A stretch of DNA of 64,000 nt from Nannocystis pusilla (GTDB lineage: Bacteria; Myxococcota_A; Polyangia; Nannocystales; Nannocystaceae), in the NCBI RefSeq assembly GCF_051105105.1, contig NZ_CP185339.1; one strand, written 5' to 3'. The notes under the pieces were generated by a model, which searched no databases, was not told the DNA's origin, and saw nothing but the letters and a program-made list of their open reading frames with translations. Position numbers and translations under genes: made by a program. Below are positions 40,001 through 51,512 of the stretch, piece after piece (the first letter of the stretch is position 1; the number at the start of each line of letters is the position of its first letter).

Positions 40001-42718
40001 TACCTCGACACCGCGTTCCAGACGGCGCTGCAGACCGGCGACATCACGTTCGCCTGCTACTGCTGCAATCATTACGTGGCCGACCTGCTGGTCCTCGGCG
40101 AGCCGCTCGACCAGGTCGACCAGGAGATCGAGCGCCGGCTGGACTTCACGCGCAACGCGAACTTCGCCGGCTCGTCGCAGGTGCTGGTCGGGATCCAGCG
40201 GCTGGTCCGCAACCTCCAGGGGCGGACCTGCAGCCGCGCGAGCTTCAGCGACGAGGTCTTCGACGACGAGGCGTACCAGGCGGAGATGACCGCGTCGCCG
40301 TGGATGGTGGTGAAGTGCTGGTACTTCATCATGAAGCTGCAGGGCCTGTTCCTCAGCGGCGATTACGCGGCGGCGCTGGCGGCCGGCGACGCGGCGGGGC
40401 CGCTGCTGTGGTGCTCGCTGGCGCATATCCAGGAGCCCGAGTACTGGTATTATTACGCGCTGGCGCTGGCGGCCCACGTGTCATCCTCCGCGCCGGTGCG
40501 GCAGCGAGAGGCGCTCGCGGTGCTGGCGCGCCACGAGGCGAAGCTGGCGGAGTGGGCGGCCTCCTGCCCGCAGAACTTCGGCCACAAGCACGCGCTGATC
40601 TCGGCCGAGATCGCCCGCCTCGAGGGCCGCGAGCGCGACGCCCTGCAATGCTACGACCGCGCGATCAAGGGGGCGCGGGAGCACGGCTTCGTGCAAAACC
40701 TGGCGATCGCCCACGAGCTGCTGGCCCGCTTCTACCGCGATCGCGGGCTCGAGATGCTGGCGGAGACGCACCTGCAGGCCGCGCGCGCCGGCTACTTGAA
40801 GTGGGGCGCGCACGGCAAGGTCCGCCAGCTCGACGAGCAGGAGGAGGGCCTGTCCGAGGCGCCGCCGGGCGGCAGCCAGGCCAGCGACACGGTCACCGCG
40901 GAGCACATCGATCTGCTGGCGGTGACCAAGGCGTCGCAGTCGATCTCGAGCGAGATCGTGCAGGAGAAGCTGCTCCGCCGCTTGCTCAGCGTGGTGCTCG
41001 AGCAGAGCGGGGCCCACACCGCGCACCTCATCGGGGTCCGGCACGGCGAGCTGACGCTCGAGGCCAGCGCCACGCTCGACGAGGCGGGGATGCGCGCCGA
41101 CCTGCGCCGACGCGGGCCCGAAGAGCTCGCCAGGCTGGTCCCGGCGTCGATCGTGCAATACGTCCAGCGCACCGGGGAGCGCGTGCTCCTCGACGACGCG
41201 CGCGCCGACCCGGGTCGGTTCGGCCTCGACGAGTACGTGGCGCAGGTCCAGCCGCGCTCGCTCCTGTGCTTCCCGATCCGCCGCCGCGGCACGGTGCAGG
41301 ACGTCCTCTACCTCGAGAACAGCCTGGTCCCGAGCGCGTTCCGCAGCGAGCACCTGACGGTGCTCGAGCTGCTGGCCGCGCAGGCCGCGATCTCGCTCGA
41401 GAACGCGACGCTGCTGACGCAGGAGCAGGCGGCGCGGCAGGCGGCCGAGGCGGACCACCGGCGCGCGGCGTTCCTCGGCGACGCGAGCAAGCTGCTCGGC
41501 GAGTCGCTCGACTATGAAGAGGTGCTGCATCGGCTGGCCGACCTGTGCGTGGGCTCGTTCGCCGACTGGTGCGCGATCGATATCGTCGAGGGCCAGGAGA
41601 TCCGCCGCCGCACGTCGGCGTCGGCCAGCTCCGCGGAGGCGGGGGTGCTCGAGGAGATGCGCGCCCGCTACCCGCCGCGCCTGGATTCACCGCACCCGTC
41701 GTCGACGGCGATCCGCGCCGGCGCGCCGCTCCTCGTCGAGATGACCGACGAGAACCTCGCGCGCTACTGCGTCGACGCGGGCCACGTCCGGCTGCTGCGC
41801 GAGCTCGGGGTCAGGACGGCGATCGTGGCGCCGCTCCCGGCCGGCTCGCGGATCATCGGCGCCATCACTCTCGGCTCGCGGCGCCCCGAATTCCGCTACA
41901 CGACCGCCGACCTCGAGCTGCTGGTGGAGCTGTCCCGCCGCGCGGCGATGGCGATCGACAACGCCAGGCTGTACCGCCAGACCCAGGCGGCGCTGCGGCT
42001 GCGCGACGAGTTCCTGTCGGTCGCGTCGCACGAGCTGCGCACGCCGATGACGTCGCTGACCCTCGCGCTGCAGACGATCGTCAAGCGGACCCCGAGCGGC
42101 AAGCCGCTCGATCCGCAGGTGACGAGCAAGCTGCTCGATCTGGCGATCCGTCAGTCGGGGCGGATGAACCGGCTGATCGGCGATCTCCTCGACGTGTCGC
42201 GCATCGAGACCTGGCAGCTCGCGCTGTCGCTCGCCGAGGTCGAGCTGAGCGGCCTCGTGCGCGAGGTCGTGGCCCGGTTCCAGCCCGACCTGGCGCGCGC
42301 CGGCAGCTCGGCGACGATCGAGGCCCCGGCGCCGGTGGTCGGACGCTGGGACCGCTCGCGCCTCGAGCAGGTCGTCTCCAACATCCTCTCGAACGCGGCC
42401 AAGTTCGGGGCCGGGGCGCCGATCGAGATCGCGGTGGTGCGCGCCGGCGACGTGGCCCGGTTGACGATCCGCGACCACGGGCTCGGCATCGACCCGGACC
42501 GCTTGCCGCGGATCTTCGACCGCTTCGAGCGCGGCGTGTCGGCGCAGAACTACGGCGGGCTCGGGCTGGGCCTCTACATCGCGCGCAGGATCGTCGAGGG
42601 CCACTGTGGTACGATCCGCGCCACGAGCACGCCGGGCGAGGGGACGACGTTCATCGTCGAGCTGCCGTGCACGAGCGCGCCTTCGCCCGCGGCGACCGAC
42701 GGAGGTCCACAGTCATGA
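37013..42718 (+). CDS. Giant multidomain signalling protein: Ser/Thr kinase, P-loop AAA/NTPase, TPR-like region, GAF domains, and histidine kinase (HisKA + HATPase_c)
   Basis: Kinase motifs HKDLKPDNIVV, GSLPYMSPEQ. P-loop VSGYSGVGKSTLVHKL. H-box LSVASHELRTPMTSL. C-terminal G-boxes (GLGLGLYIARRIVEGHCGTIRAT). The start could also be 36977. Confidence 0.85.
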   Translation: MGDAGTADPAKYRATGLLSQSAGAGIYRAVRVEDNRAVVIKTLDPRLRPARELERLRAEYELGRSLDIPGTVKPIALDTYRGMPALVLEHFEGTFLEQLLTATPLPLERFLTLAIGIAGAVEELHRRDVIHKDLKPDNIVVDPVRGEVKLANLGVASPRHREPGLAPTAGILTGSLPYMSPEQTGRMNRPLDFRSDLYSLGVTFYRMLTGRLPFRASDPLEWIHCHVARRVTPPSALRPSVPEVVSAIVVKLLAKVAEDRYQSARGLRRDLERCLAAWHAHGRIEPFPLGEEDLSERPRVPQQLYGRERELAALRGAFEAMVETGAPGVVRVSGYSGVGKSTLVHKLQRPIVQAHGFFLSGKFDQYQRGIPYATLSQAFRALVRDILAEPDERVSEWRGRLTAALGLNARLIVDIIPELALVIGEQPPVPELSGPDAQSRFHLVFRQFLGVFTAREHPVALFLDDLQWVDSASLALLTHLVTHPDVHYFLWICAYRDNEVSGAHPLMTALARVRAANVAVRDIFLGPLSEEHLAALVTATFGGRVRDAAALARLIHGKTAGNPFFALQFLNMLHQEGLIAIDLSSGLWAGDIPRIQAKTATSNVAELMVQTLQRLSPAAREALELAACLGGVSELGLLAALAERPEEEVRRDLSAAVQAGLVLRDGDTYKFVHDRVQEAAFSLIPAAERAAVHLRIGRALLARLAREELEAQLFEVAGHFEAGAHLLEPSEEKVRVAALHLAAGRKAQAATAYDAAVRYYSAGSALLGAEAWDEQHSLAFSLGFGRAECEYLQGRFDAAESQFGALFEHARTRRERAEIRRVEVDLFTSRQELRTAVERGIEGLQWLGVEVPVHPTRAQVQRELQTIQEALGERRIEDLVDLPPLVDPDMRAALGILAVLFAPALNTDPELPFLCYCRMVEISLRHGNGEASALGYAYFGMVLGPSFGRYREGYQFGKLGYDLAERLGLVAYRAKLHCIFGDCICFWTQHLRGALRYLDTAFQTALQTGDITFACYCCNHYVADLLVLGEPLDQVDQEIERRLDFTRNANFAGSSQVLVGIQRLVRNLQGRTCSRASFSDEVFDDEAYQAEMTASPWMVVKCWYFIMKLQGLFLSGDYAAALAAGDAAGPLLWCSLAHIQEPEYWYYYALALAAHVSSSAPVRQREALAVLARHEAKLAEWAASCPQNFGHKHALISAEIARLEGRERDALQCYDRAIKGAREHGFVQNLAIAHELLARFYRDRGLEMLAETHLQAARAGYLKWGAHGKVRQLDEQEEGLSEAPPGGSQASDTVTAEHIDLLAVTKASQSISSEIVQEKLLRRLLSVVLEQSGAHTAHLIGVRHGELTLEASATLDEAGMRADLRRRGPEELARLVPASIVQYVQRTGERVLLDDARADPGRFGLDEYVAQVQPRSLLCFPIRRRGTVQDVLYLENSLVPSAFRSEHLTVLELLAAQAAISLENATLLTQEQAARQAAEADHRRAAFLGDASKLLGESLDYEEVLHRLADLCVGSFADWCAIDIVEGQEIRRRTSASASSAEAGVLEEMRARYPPRLDSPHPSSTAIRAGAPLLVEMTDENLARYCVDAGHVRLLRELGVRTAIVAPLPAGSRIIGAITLGSRRPEFRYTTADLELLVELSRRAAMAIDNARLYRQTQAALRLRDEFLSVASHELRTPMTSLTLALQTIVKRTPSGKPLDPQVTSKLLDLAIRQSGRMNRLIGDLLDVSRIETWQLALSLAEVELSGLVREVVARFQPDLARAGSSATIEAPAPVVGRWDRSRLEQVVSNILSNAAKFGAGAPIEIAVVRAGDVARLTIRDHGLGIDPDRLPRIFDRFERGVSAQNYGGLGLGLYIARRIVEGHCGTIRATSTPGEGTTFIVELPCTSAPSPAATDGGPQS

Positions 42719-43113
42719 CGGTCGAAAAGAAGGAGGCTGGCGGACTGGTGCTCGTCGTCGACGACGACCCCAACGTCTGCGAGACGCTGCAGACGGTGCT
42801 CGAGGTGTCGGGCTATCGCGTCGCCGCGGCGGGCAACGGTCAGGAGGCCCTGAACGCGCTGCGCAGCGGGGTCCGCCCGTGCCTGGTCCTGCTCGATCTG
42901 ATGATGCCGGTGATGAACGGGCAGGAGTTCCGCGCCGAGCAACGCGAGGACCCGGCGATCGCCGGGGTCCCGGTGGTGGTGGTCTCGGGCGATCACCGCG
43001 TGGCCGAGAAGGCGGTCGAGATGGGCCTGGAAGGGCTGAGCAAGCCGATCGACATCGACGATCTGCTGCAGCTCGTGGGCCGCTTCTGCGGGCCGCCGGC
43101 GTGCACGTGCTGA
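42715..43113 (+). CDS. Single-domain response regulator (CheY-like receiver)
   Basis: MTVEKKEAGGLVLVVDDDPNVCETL...LDLMMPVMNG...VVVVSG. ATGA overlap with the kinase stop. GGAGG RBS. Confidence 0.85.
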   Translation: MTVEKKEAGGLVLVVDDDPNVCETLQTVLEVSGYRVAAAGNGQEALNALRSGVRPCLVLLDLMMPVMNGQEFRAEQREDPAIAGVPVVVVSGDHRVAEKAVEMGLEGLSKPIDIDDLLQLVGRFCGPPACTC

Positions 43114-43157
43114 CTTCGACGTTCGCGACCTTCGAGGGTCCGCGAGCGCGCGCCGCG

Positions 43158-44660
43158 TCACTGCGGGAGGACGAGCTTGAGGCCCTGGCCGGTCATGTCG
43201 GAGTAGGTGTAGGGATTGACGAGGCCGGTGACGACGAGCTTGATCTCGTAGGTGTCGGGGTCGACCTTGTAGGCCTTGTTGGCCTTGTCGACGACCCACA
43301 CGTAGCCCTCGTTGTCGATGCTGACGCCCCACGGCGAGCCGCAATCGGGTAGCGTGATGTTCTGGTTGGTCCAGGTCTTGGTGTCGCCGTCGAGCTCGAT
43401 GAGGCGGCACGGGCCGTTGGCGGCGCCCCACACCCGGTTCTCGTCGTCGACGGCGATGCCGAGCGCGCCGCCGCCGTTGTTGCCGCCGTTGCCCATGCCC
43501 TGCCACTGCTTGGCGACCGGGTCGTAGAAGTACATGTGATCGGTGCCGGAGAAGCTGCCGACCCACATGTTGCCGTTCTGGTCGACGCCCATGCCGTACT
43601 TGTACTGGCCGGGGGAGAGGCCGAGCTCCTCGATCTCGAGGGTGGCGGCGTCGATGCGGATCGAGACCTCGTTGTCGTAGCCGATGACGAACAGGTCGCC
43701 GGCGGAGTTGACGGCGCCGCCGTAGGGGCCGAACGTGTTGGTGGTCCAGCCGGGGCGCTGGACGTCGTCGAGGATCGCGCCGGTGTCGCCTTCGAGGCGC
43801 GCGAAGTGGGCGACGCCGTTCACGTCCTTGTAGCCGACCCACAGCCGCGGGACCGGGGTCTCGCAGGTGACGGGGTCCTGAGCCACCCCCTCCCACGCGG
43901 TCGGGCGCGCGCCGCCGTAATAGCCGTCGGCCAGCGGCAGCGCGGTGTGCCACACCACGCATTCGTCCTGACCCCACGGGCGAATGTCGCCAGGGCCGGT
44001 CGAGGTGTCGATCACGCCGTTGCCGTTGTTGTCGACGCACTTCTCCGGCAATGCCATGACCTTGGTGACGCTGCCCGGATTGCGGTTGCTGACCGCGACG
44101 TCGCCGAACTGGTTGACGGAGGTGCGCGACGGCTCGCCGCTGCCGGGCACCGGGTTGGTGTAATAGCGGCCCTCCTCGACGCCCGTCATCGTGTTGATCT
44201 TGGAGACGGTGCCCTGGGTGGTGTTGGCGATCCAGATGTAATCGAAGGTGACGGGCTGATCGTCGGGCGGACAGACCGGCGGGCCGCCCATGTCGAGCTT
44301 CATGCCGCCCGTGGTGGTCGTCGTCGTCGCGGTGGTCGCGGTGCCGTCGGTGCTGGTGACCGTGACGCCCTCGGTGGTCGTGGCGGTGGTCGTGCTCGTC
44401 GGCGCGGTGGTGGTCGGCGCGGTGGTGGTGGTGCCCTGCGTCTCGCCCTGCGTGCCGGTGCCCGTGGGCACGTCGCCCGAGGTCTCGGTGGCGGTGCCAG
44501 TGCCGGTCATCGTCCCGGCGGTGCCGGTCGGGCTGGTGCCCTGGGTGGCCGTGCCGTCGCTCGTCGTGCCGCCGCCGGCGTCGCTGCATCCGTGGATCGC
44601 CCCGAGAGAGGCGAGGGTAAATGCGGTGGCTTGCCAGCGAAGACGAGTCGAACTACGCAT
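43158..44660 (-). CDS. Lipoprotein with long Thr-rich linker and beta-propeller-like domain
   Basis: Lipobox LASLGAIHGC. Linker TTTAPTTTAPTSTTTATTTEGVTVTSTDGTATTATTTTTTGG. Repeated GxxxVD/W-rich blocks. Confidence 0.55.
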   Translation of the reverse strand: MRSSTRLRWQATAFTLASLGAIHGCSDAGGGTTSDGTATQGTSPTGTAGTMTGTGTATETSGDVPTGTGTQGETQGTTTTAPTTTAPTSTTTATTTEGVTVTSTDGTATTATTTTTTGGMKLDMGGPPVCPPDDQPVTFDYIWIANTTQGTVSKINTMTGVEEGRYYTNPVPGSGEPSRTSVNQFGDVAVSNRNPGSVTKVMALPEKCVDNNGNGVIDTSTGPGDIRPWGQDECVVWHTALPLADGYYGGARPTAWEGVAQDPVTCETPVPRLWVGYKDVNGVAHFARLEGDTGAILDDVQRPGWTTNTFGPYGGAVNSAGDLFVIGYDNEVSIRIDAATLEIEELGLSPGQYKYGMGVDQNGNMWVGSFSGTDHMYFYDPVAKQWQGMGNGGNNGGGALGIAVDDENRVWGAANGPCRLIELDGDTKTWTNQNITLPDCGSPWGVSIDNEGYVWVVDKANKAYKVDPDTYEIKLVVTGLVNPYTYSDMTGQGLKLVLPQ

Positions 44661-44888
44661 CGCTCGATGAGAGCAGAAACCCTCGATCGAGACAAGCGCG
44701 AGAGCGCTCGCAGGGCCTGGGAAGGGGCCAGGCGAGGCCGCTTGATCATCTGGCAGGTCGAGGTCGGGAATAGGCGCGGGTAGGCATCGGTGCGTCCCTT
44801 GCGCGGGACCGCGAGCGCGCCGCCGTCGGTGATGGCGACGAGGGCCCGGTCGCGGTCGAGGAGGCGCGCGGGTCGTTGCGACGACGGA

Positions 44889-46421
44889 TCAGCGCGGCGG
44901 GAACGGGAGGGTCCAGATGCCCGGCCTGGACGCCTCGAGGTCGAGGTACAGGAGCCCGACGCCCTCGACGAGCGCCGCCTCGCCTGTCCTTTCGACCAGG
45001 AGCTCGTAATCACCGGTGTCGGGGTCGACCAGCGCGTACTCGAACTCGTGCTTGATCTCGTCGTCGCTGATGTCGAGGCGCGAGAGGAGGCGGCCGTCCT
45101 CCAGGGGGAGCCACGAATCGCCGATCCGCGGGATCACCGTGGTGGCCTCGCCCGAGGCCAGATCGACGGCGATTCGTCGCATGCTGCCGTCGCCGTTCGG
45201 GCGCTCGTAATGCACGCGACCGCTGTCGTGGGTCAGGCGGAACCGCCAGTCCGGCTCGGGGCCGCGGTAGACCTCGACCATGGCGCCGGTCAGCGCGTTC
45301 CACACCGCGATCACGTGGTCCTCGGGATCGGGCACGACGAGCGCGAATCCGGGGTAACTCCCCTCGATGAAGGACGAGGAGCCGACGTGGTCGGGGATCG
45401 CGAGGGGCTCGAGGGTGTCGAGGCGGTAGGCCTCGACGAAGCGAGAGTCGAGGCCCCGGAGCGCGAACACCGTGGTGTCCGGGCCGGCCGCCACGCGCCA
45501 ATGGCCGGCGCCGGTCGTCGGACCGCGGCCCCAGGATTCGGCCGCGAAGTCGTTGACGGTGACCTCGCGCTCCTCGCCGGTCTCGAGGTCGCGGATGCGT
45601 ACGGGCTCGGACGCGTCGTCGCCCATGACCTGGTAGAGCAGGTGGAGGTGGTCGTCGGCGGTCCACACCGATTCGATGTATCGCGCGCCGTCGAGGATGT
45701 GCGCGGCCTCGCCGGTCTCGCGGTCGAAGGTGTCGACGCTGCCGTCGTCGCGGAGCATGAAGGCCAGGTTGTCGGCCTGGTAGTAACGGACGATGTCGTC
45801 GCCGATGAGCACGGCCTGCGTGTCGGGGTCGCCGCTGTGGAAGTAGCGGCGCGAGCGCGCGCCGCCGAGCCCCGCCACGCCGTCGGTGACGCGGCCCGGC
45901 GCCGTACTGGTCAGGGTGAATCCGTACACCGTGCCGAAGTCGCCGCCGCGCCACTCCACTGACAGCAAGTCGTCTTCGTCGCCCGGGGGCGGGGAGAAGT
46001 CACCGACTCGCCGGATCTCGTCGCGGCCGGGGACCTCGAGGCGATCGATCAAGTCCAGCGTGTAATCCTGCCCGAATTTGTAGAACACCGGGCCTTGCTC
46101 GGAGTTCATCACCGAATAGGCCGTGTATGGGCGGGCCTCCTCGGCGACGAGCTCGGGGGCGCCGCCGCAGAGGGGGACGAGGTCGAACCGGGTCTTTTGC
46201 TCCGCGTCGTCGAAGGCGTAGAGCAGGTGATCGTCGGTGACCCACATGTTGAGGCTGGACGATCGCTCGTCCGGATCCCAACCGGCGGGCAGCGGCACGA
46301 GGAGGGACGGCTGGTCGAGCGCGCAACCATCCTCGGGCTGGTCCTCAAGCGGGCGATCGCCGCACGCGAAGAGAAAGAGGGTCGATAGGGCGAAGACGGC
46401 GGACAGGCTTCGAGTTCCCAT
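44889..46421 (-). CDS. Lipoprotein, hypothetical (beta-rich)
   Basis: Lipobox LFLFACG. 510 aa. No family recognised. Confidence 0.5.
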   Translation of the reverse strand: MGTRSLSAVFALSTLFLFACGDRPLEDQPEDGCALDQPSLLVPLPAGWDPDERSSSLNMWVTDDHLLYAFDDAEQKTRFDLVPLCGGAPELVAEEARPYTAYSVMNSEQGPVFYKFGQDYTLDLIDRLEVPGRDEIRRVGDFSPPPGDEDDLLSVEWRGGDFGTVYGFTLTSTAPGRVTDGVAGLGGARSRRYFHSGDPDTQAVLIGDDIVRYYQADNLAFMLRDDGSVDTFDRETGEAAHILDGARYIESVWTADDHLHLLYQVMGDDASEPVRIRDLETGEEREVTVNDFAAESWGRGPTTGAGHWRVAAGPDTTVFALRGLDSRFVEAYRLDTLEPLAIPDHVGSSSFIEGSYPGFALVVPDPEDHVIAVWNALTGAMVEVYRGPEPDWRFRLTHDSGRVHYERPNGDGSMRRIAVDLASGEATTVIPRIGDSWLPLEDGRLLSRLDISDDEIKHEFEYALVDPDTGDYELLVERTGEAALVEGVGLLYLDLEASRPGIWTLPFPPR

Positions 46422-46568
46422 GACAGGCCCGACAGGGCTGCGTAAGCCTGGATCGGCGGGGCCGGGCGTTCAAGGGCGGGCCGGAGGACGGGCGTGCGCG
46501 GGCGATCGCGGGCTCGCGTGTGAGCGCGCCACGTTGCCCTCGCCGGCGTTTGATCGTAGGCGTAGGCG

Positions 46569-47930
<1,362 letters not shown>

Positions 47931-47933
47931 GGT

Positions 47934-50257
47934 TCAGGGGACGTTGAAGGTCGCGACGTCGGTGGGGCTGCCGCTGGCCGGCGGGACGTGAGCGGTGACG
48001 CTCCACGAATGATTGGACCACTGCGAACCGCCGAGGATGCACGGGTTGTCGGCCGGGGTGAAGGTGCACTCGCCCCAGCCGTCGTCGCCGAGCGGGACGC
48101 ACTGGAGGTCCCACTCGGGGAGGCCGCCGCGGAAGGCGGTGTTGACGACGTAGTCGTAGAGGCCGTGCTGCTGGTGCGTCGCGTTCACGTGGATGGTGAA
48201 CTGATGCGGGCTGTTCACGTCCTCGGTGGTGGCGGCCCCGGGCGCGCGGAACACCAGCTTCGGGTATTGCTGGCAGTCGAGGAGGACGCCGTCGCGCGGG
48301 CGGACGATGACGGGGCCGCCCGACAGCGGCTCGCAAGCCGGCCCCGTGGCCTCGCACTCCTTCCAGATCTCGCCGGCGGCGAGGATGATCTTGATCGCGT
48401 CGAACAGCTCGCTGCCGAAGGCCTCCCACCCGAACTCGGCGCCGCCCTCCCAGAAGGCCATGTTGCAGGTCTCGCAGCCGTTCATGGTGTTGCGCAGGCC
48501 GACGGTGGCCAGCGGCGCGACGTAGGGGCCGTCGAGGAAGCCGAGCGTCATCACGAACTTGGCCAGCAAGGTGGCGCTGAGCCTCGGGGCCCATGGCGGC
48601 GCCGAAGTTGTCGAGGAAGCCGTTCACGTGGGTCTCTAGCCCGGTCCGCCAGCCGGTGTGATCCTTGAAGGCGGTGCCGGTGGCGCTCGCAGCGACGGTG
48701 CCGGTGAACTTGTAGGCGGCCTCGATCTCCAGCTCGGGCCGCAGCATGATCGACACCGGGATGGCCAGCGGCAAAGTCCCGAGGTAGAACTCGCCGAACT
48801 CGAGGGACTGGGTGAGGCCGGCCTTGACGATGATGCTGGCGTGGATGGTCGGCGTGATCGCCACGTCCGCGTGGGGGATGCTGAGCCAGTCGACGTCGAG
48901 CTCGAAGCGCTCGAACGTCGAGGCCGGGGGAGAAGTGGAGCTCGCCGTGGCCGCCGAACTTGAACACCAGCCTGGGGCCGCCAGGAGGGGGGATCGGGTC
49001 CTCGTCGAGCGCGAGCGTTCCGAGCTCCACGAGCTCGCCGGAGCCCGCGGGCTCGGGGAGCACGACGATCTCGTCGGGGCACGGCGCCTCGACGCAGGCG
49101 ATGTCGGAGGTGTCGATCGGCAGGTCGCGCACGCCGAAGAAGCCGCCGGCGAGGACGGCGTCGAGGCCGACCGGCTCGCCGAGGAGCACGAGGTCGGCGT
49201 CGTCGTAGGTGACGGATTCGACGCGCAGCATGTAGCCGCGCGCGCCGCCGTGGCCGACGACGACCTCGCCCGCGGCGACGTCGGGGAGCGTCGCCGCGTC
49301 CTTGAAGTGGAGCACGACCTGGCTCAGGTCGGGGGCGGGCTTGACGGTGACGTCGGCGCCGAGGAAGTCGGGCCGCTGCTCGAGGAAGTGGACATCGGGC
49401 TTGTAGTCGAGGTGGTTGGCGTAGATGTCGGTGCCGGCCCAGATCCGCCGCTGGCCGTCGCTGACGACGAGCTCGGGCCGGTGCTTGCCGACGGCGTAGG
49501 TCCACTGCGGCAGGGCGGCGGTCTTGACGAGCTCGGTGGTGCGGCTGCAGGGCTCGTGGATCACGTCGGGCTGGCCGTCGGCGTCGAAGTCGAACTCGCA
49601 GCGCAGCTGGGCTGCCGGGTCGGCGGTGAGCCGCCAGCCGAAGTGGGCGGACACGGGAGCGTCGCCCCAGCCGGCCTCGACGGGATCGAAGCGCTCGACC
49701 GTGAGGGGGGCCTCGTCGCAGGTGTCGTCGCCGCCGATCGCGGCGAAGATCAGGCGCGACTGGGCGGCGTAGGAGAGCTTGGGCCGCTGGACCGGGAGCG
49801 GCTCGCCGAACGCGAGGTCGAGCTCGTAGTAGCAGTCGGGCAAGCGCACGCGCAGGAGGTAGGTGTCGCCGGTGAGGCGGGTGGTGTGGACGTCGAAGGC
49901 GGTCGGCGGGTGGATCGGGTCGAGGCCGAGGTTGATGCCCTGGGTGGTGTAGGCGGCGAGGGTGAGGCGACGGTGGTCGGCGGCGCACTGGGGGGTGACC
50001 GCGAAGGACAGCTCGACGACGTCGCGGGGCCGCGCGAGCTCGGCGAGGCCGGTGGCGAGGTCGGTGGTGACGTCGAGGGTGCCGTCGTCGTGATGCAGGC
50101 GCAGCTTGGTGTCGGTGAGACAGTCGAGCCCGGGAGCGGCCATGAGGCTGGCCTCGCGCGGGGAGATTTCGGTCTGCGGCGCGAGCTCGGGGTCGCAAGC
50201 GGCGACGACTGCGAGGCTGACGGCAGAAATGAGGAGGCGCGGCGGAAGAGCGGGCAT
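47934..50257 (-). CDS. Large lipoprotein split over three frames by two 1-nt frameshifts, both at C-homopolymers (~48925 ccccc; ~48590 cccc)
   Basis: Start MPALPPRLLISAVSLAVVAAC (lipobox) in track ORF 48551..50938. Continues as ...FERFELDVDWLSIPHADVAITPT... in ORF 47788..48864, then ...LLAKFVMTLGFLDGPYVAPLA... to the stop in ORF 47934..48569. Removing one C at each site restores a single frame. Confidence 0.55.
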
Positions 50258-50582
50258 GGTCGTTCTCGCCGGCGGCAGTGCAGCGCCCATGCCACGCGCG
50301 TCGGCGGGGCGCAGGGCGGTTGGAGGCGGGTTGTGGTCGGGCGGTCGACACCCGCCGCGTGGGCGTGGTCCGGCCGACGACAGGGGCGGGAGAGCGAGGG
50401 TCGGGGCGCCGGGTGAGGGTCGGCGGCTCGTGGGCACCAGCGGGTGGCGAGCCCGGAGCGGACGGCCTCGGCCTCGCGCGCGTGGCCGTCGGCGGACGCG
50501 AGGTTCACGGCCGGCGCGCGGCGCTGCCAACCGGGGCGGCCTCGCGCCCCCAGTCGGGCCCGGGACTTGCACAGGCGCGGGC

Positions 50583-51512
50583 ATGCGACCTGTCTTGCAG
50601 TCCTGGACCCCTGTCCGCCTCCTCCTCGCGTCCCTGCTGTGGACCGCCTGTGCCCCCGAAGACGAGGAGGTCGAGCTCCGCGTCCTGCTCACCGGCGGCA
50701 ACTCGGGCGGCGGCCCGGTGTTCAACACCCACGCCCTCGACGACCACCAATTCTCCGAGCTCGGGCCGCTCGGGGTGCCGCACGTCGGCGCGGGGCTCGA
50801 CGGGGTGGCGCTCGCGGGCGACGTCGCGTTGACGGAGCTGGGAGTGGACACCGGCGAGCTCGTCGGTGTGGACGGGGTCGGCGAGGAGCACCGCGGGGCC
50901 GCGCTGCTGGGCTCGGAGTGGACCATCGGCTTCAACATGGGGCTCGTGTCGCTGCCGATGTTCCTGCTCGACGTGCTCGAGATCGACGGCGTGCCGCACT
51001 ACCAGTTCTTCCACCACCAGGGCGACGTCGAGGTGCCGAACTGTCCCGAAGGCCAGGGCGGCCCCGGCCTCGCGCGGGTGCTGTCGGGGCTCACCATCCA
51101 CGAGGCCACCGGCGAGGTGATGTCCGCGCCGGGGCTGCTCTACCTGGCCTGCGACACCGGCGCGACCGGCAAGGCGGCGGCGCTCGGGTACTATGATTTG
51201 GCGAAGACGACGCAAGACCTCGAATTGTTCGAGACGGCGATCCGGGTGGTCCGCGCCGATTATTGCTACGACGGGAGCGCGCACACGCAGGCCGGGGTCT
51301 CGGTGGTGCTGGAGGACGTGTGGGGGATCCACGGGACCACCGACGAAACCTTCAAGAGCCCGGTGGAGGCCGCGTGGGGCCGGGCGGGGCTGATCTGCCG
51401 CGGCAAGGGCCGGCTCGACGCGATCGATTGCCACGACAAGATCCCCACGTGTCCGGTGGGGGCGACGTTCGCGTCGCTGCCGGACGCGCTGTTCATCACC
51501 CGCCTGCCGTGA
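50583..51512 (+). CDS. ADYC-domain lipoprotein
   Basis: Start MRPVLQSWTPVRLLLASLLWTAC (lipobox) in track ORF 50106..51512. C-terminal motif VVRADYCYDGSAHTQAG is the ADYC signature. Confidence 0.7.
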   Translation: MRPVLQSWTPVRLLLASLLWTACAPEDEEVELRVLLTGGNSGGGPVFNTHALDDHQFSELGPLGVPHVGAGLDGVALAGDVALTELGVDTGELVGVDGVGEEHRGAALLGSEWTIGFNMGLVSLPMFLLDVLEIDGVPHYQFFHHQGDVEVPNCPEGQGGPGLARVLSGLTIHEATGEVMSAPGLLYLACDTGATGKAAALGYYDLAKTTQDLELFETAIRVVRADYCYDGSAHTQAGVSVVLEDVWGIHGTTDETFKSPVEAAWGRAGLICRGKGRLDAIDCHDKIPTCPVGATFASLPDALFITRLP

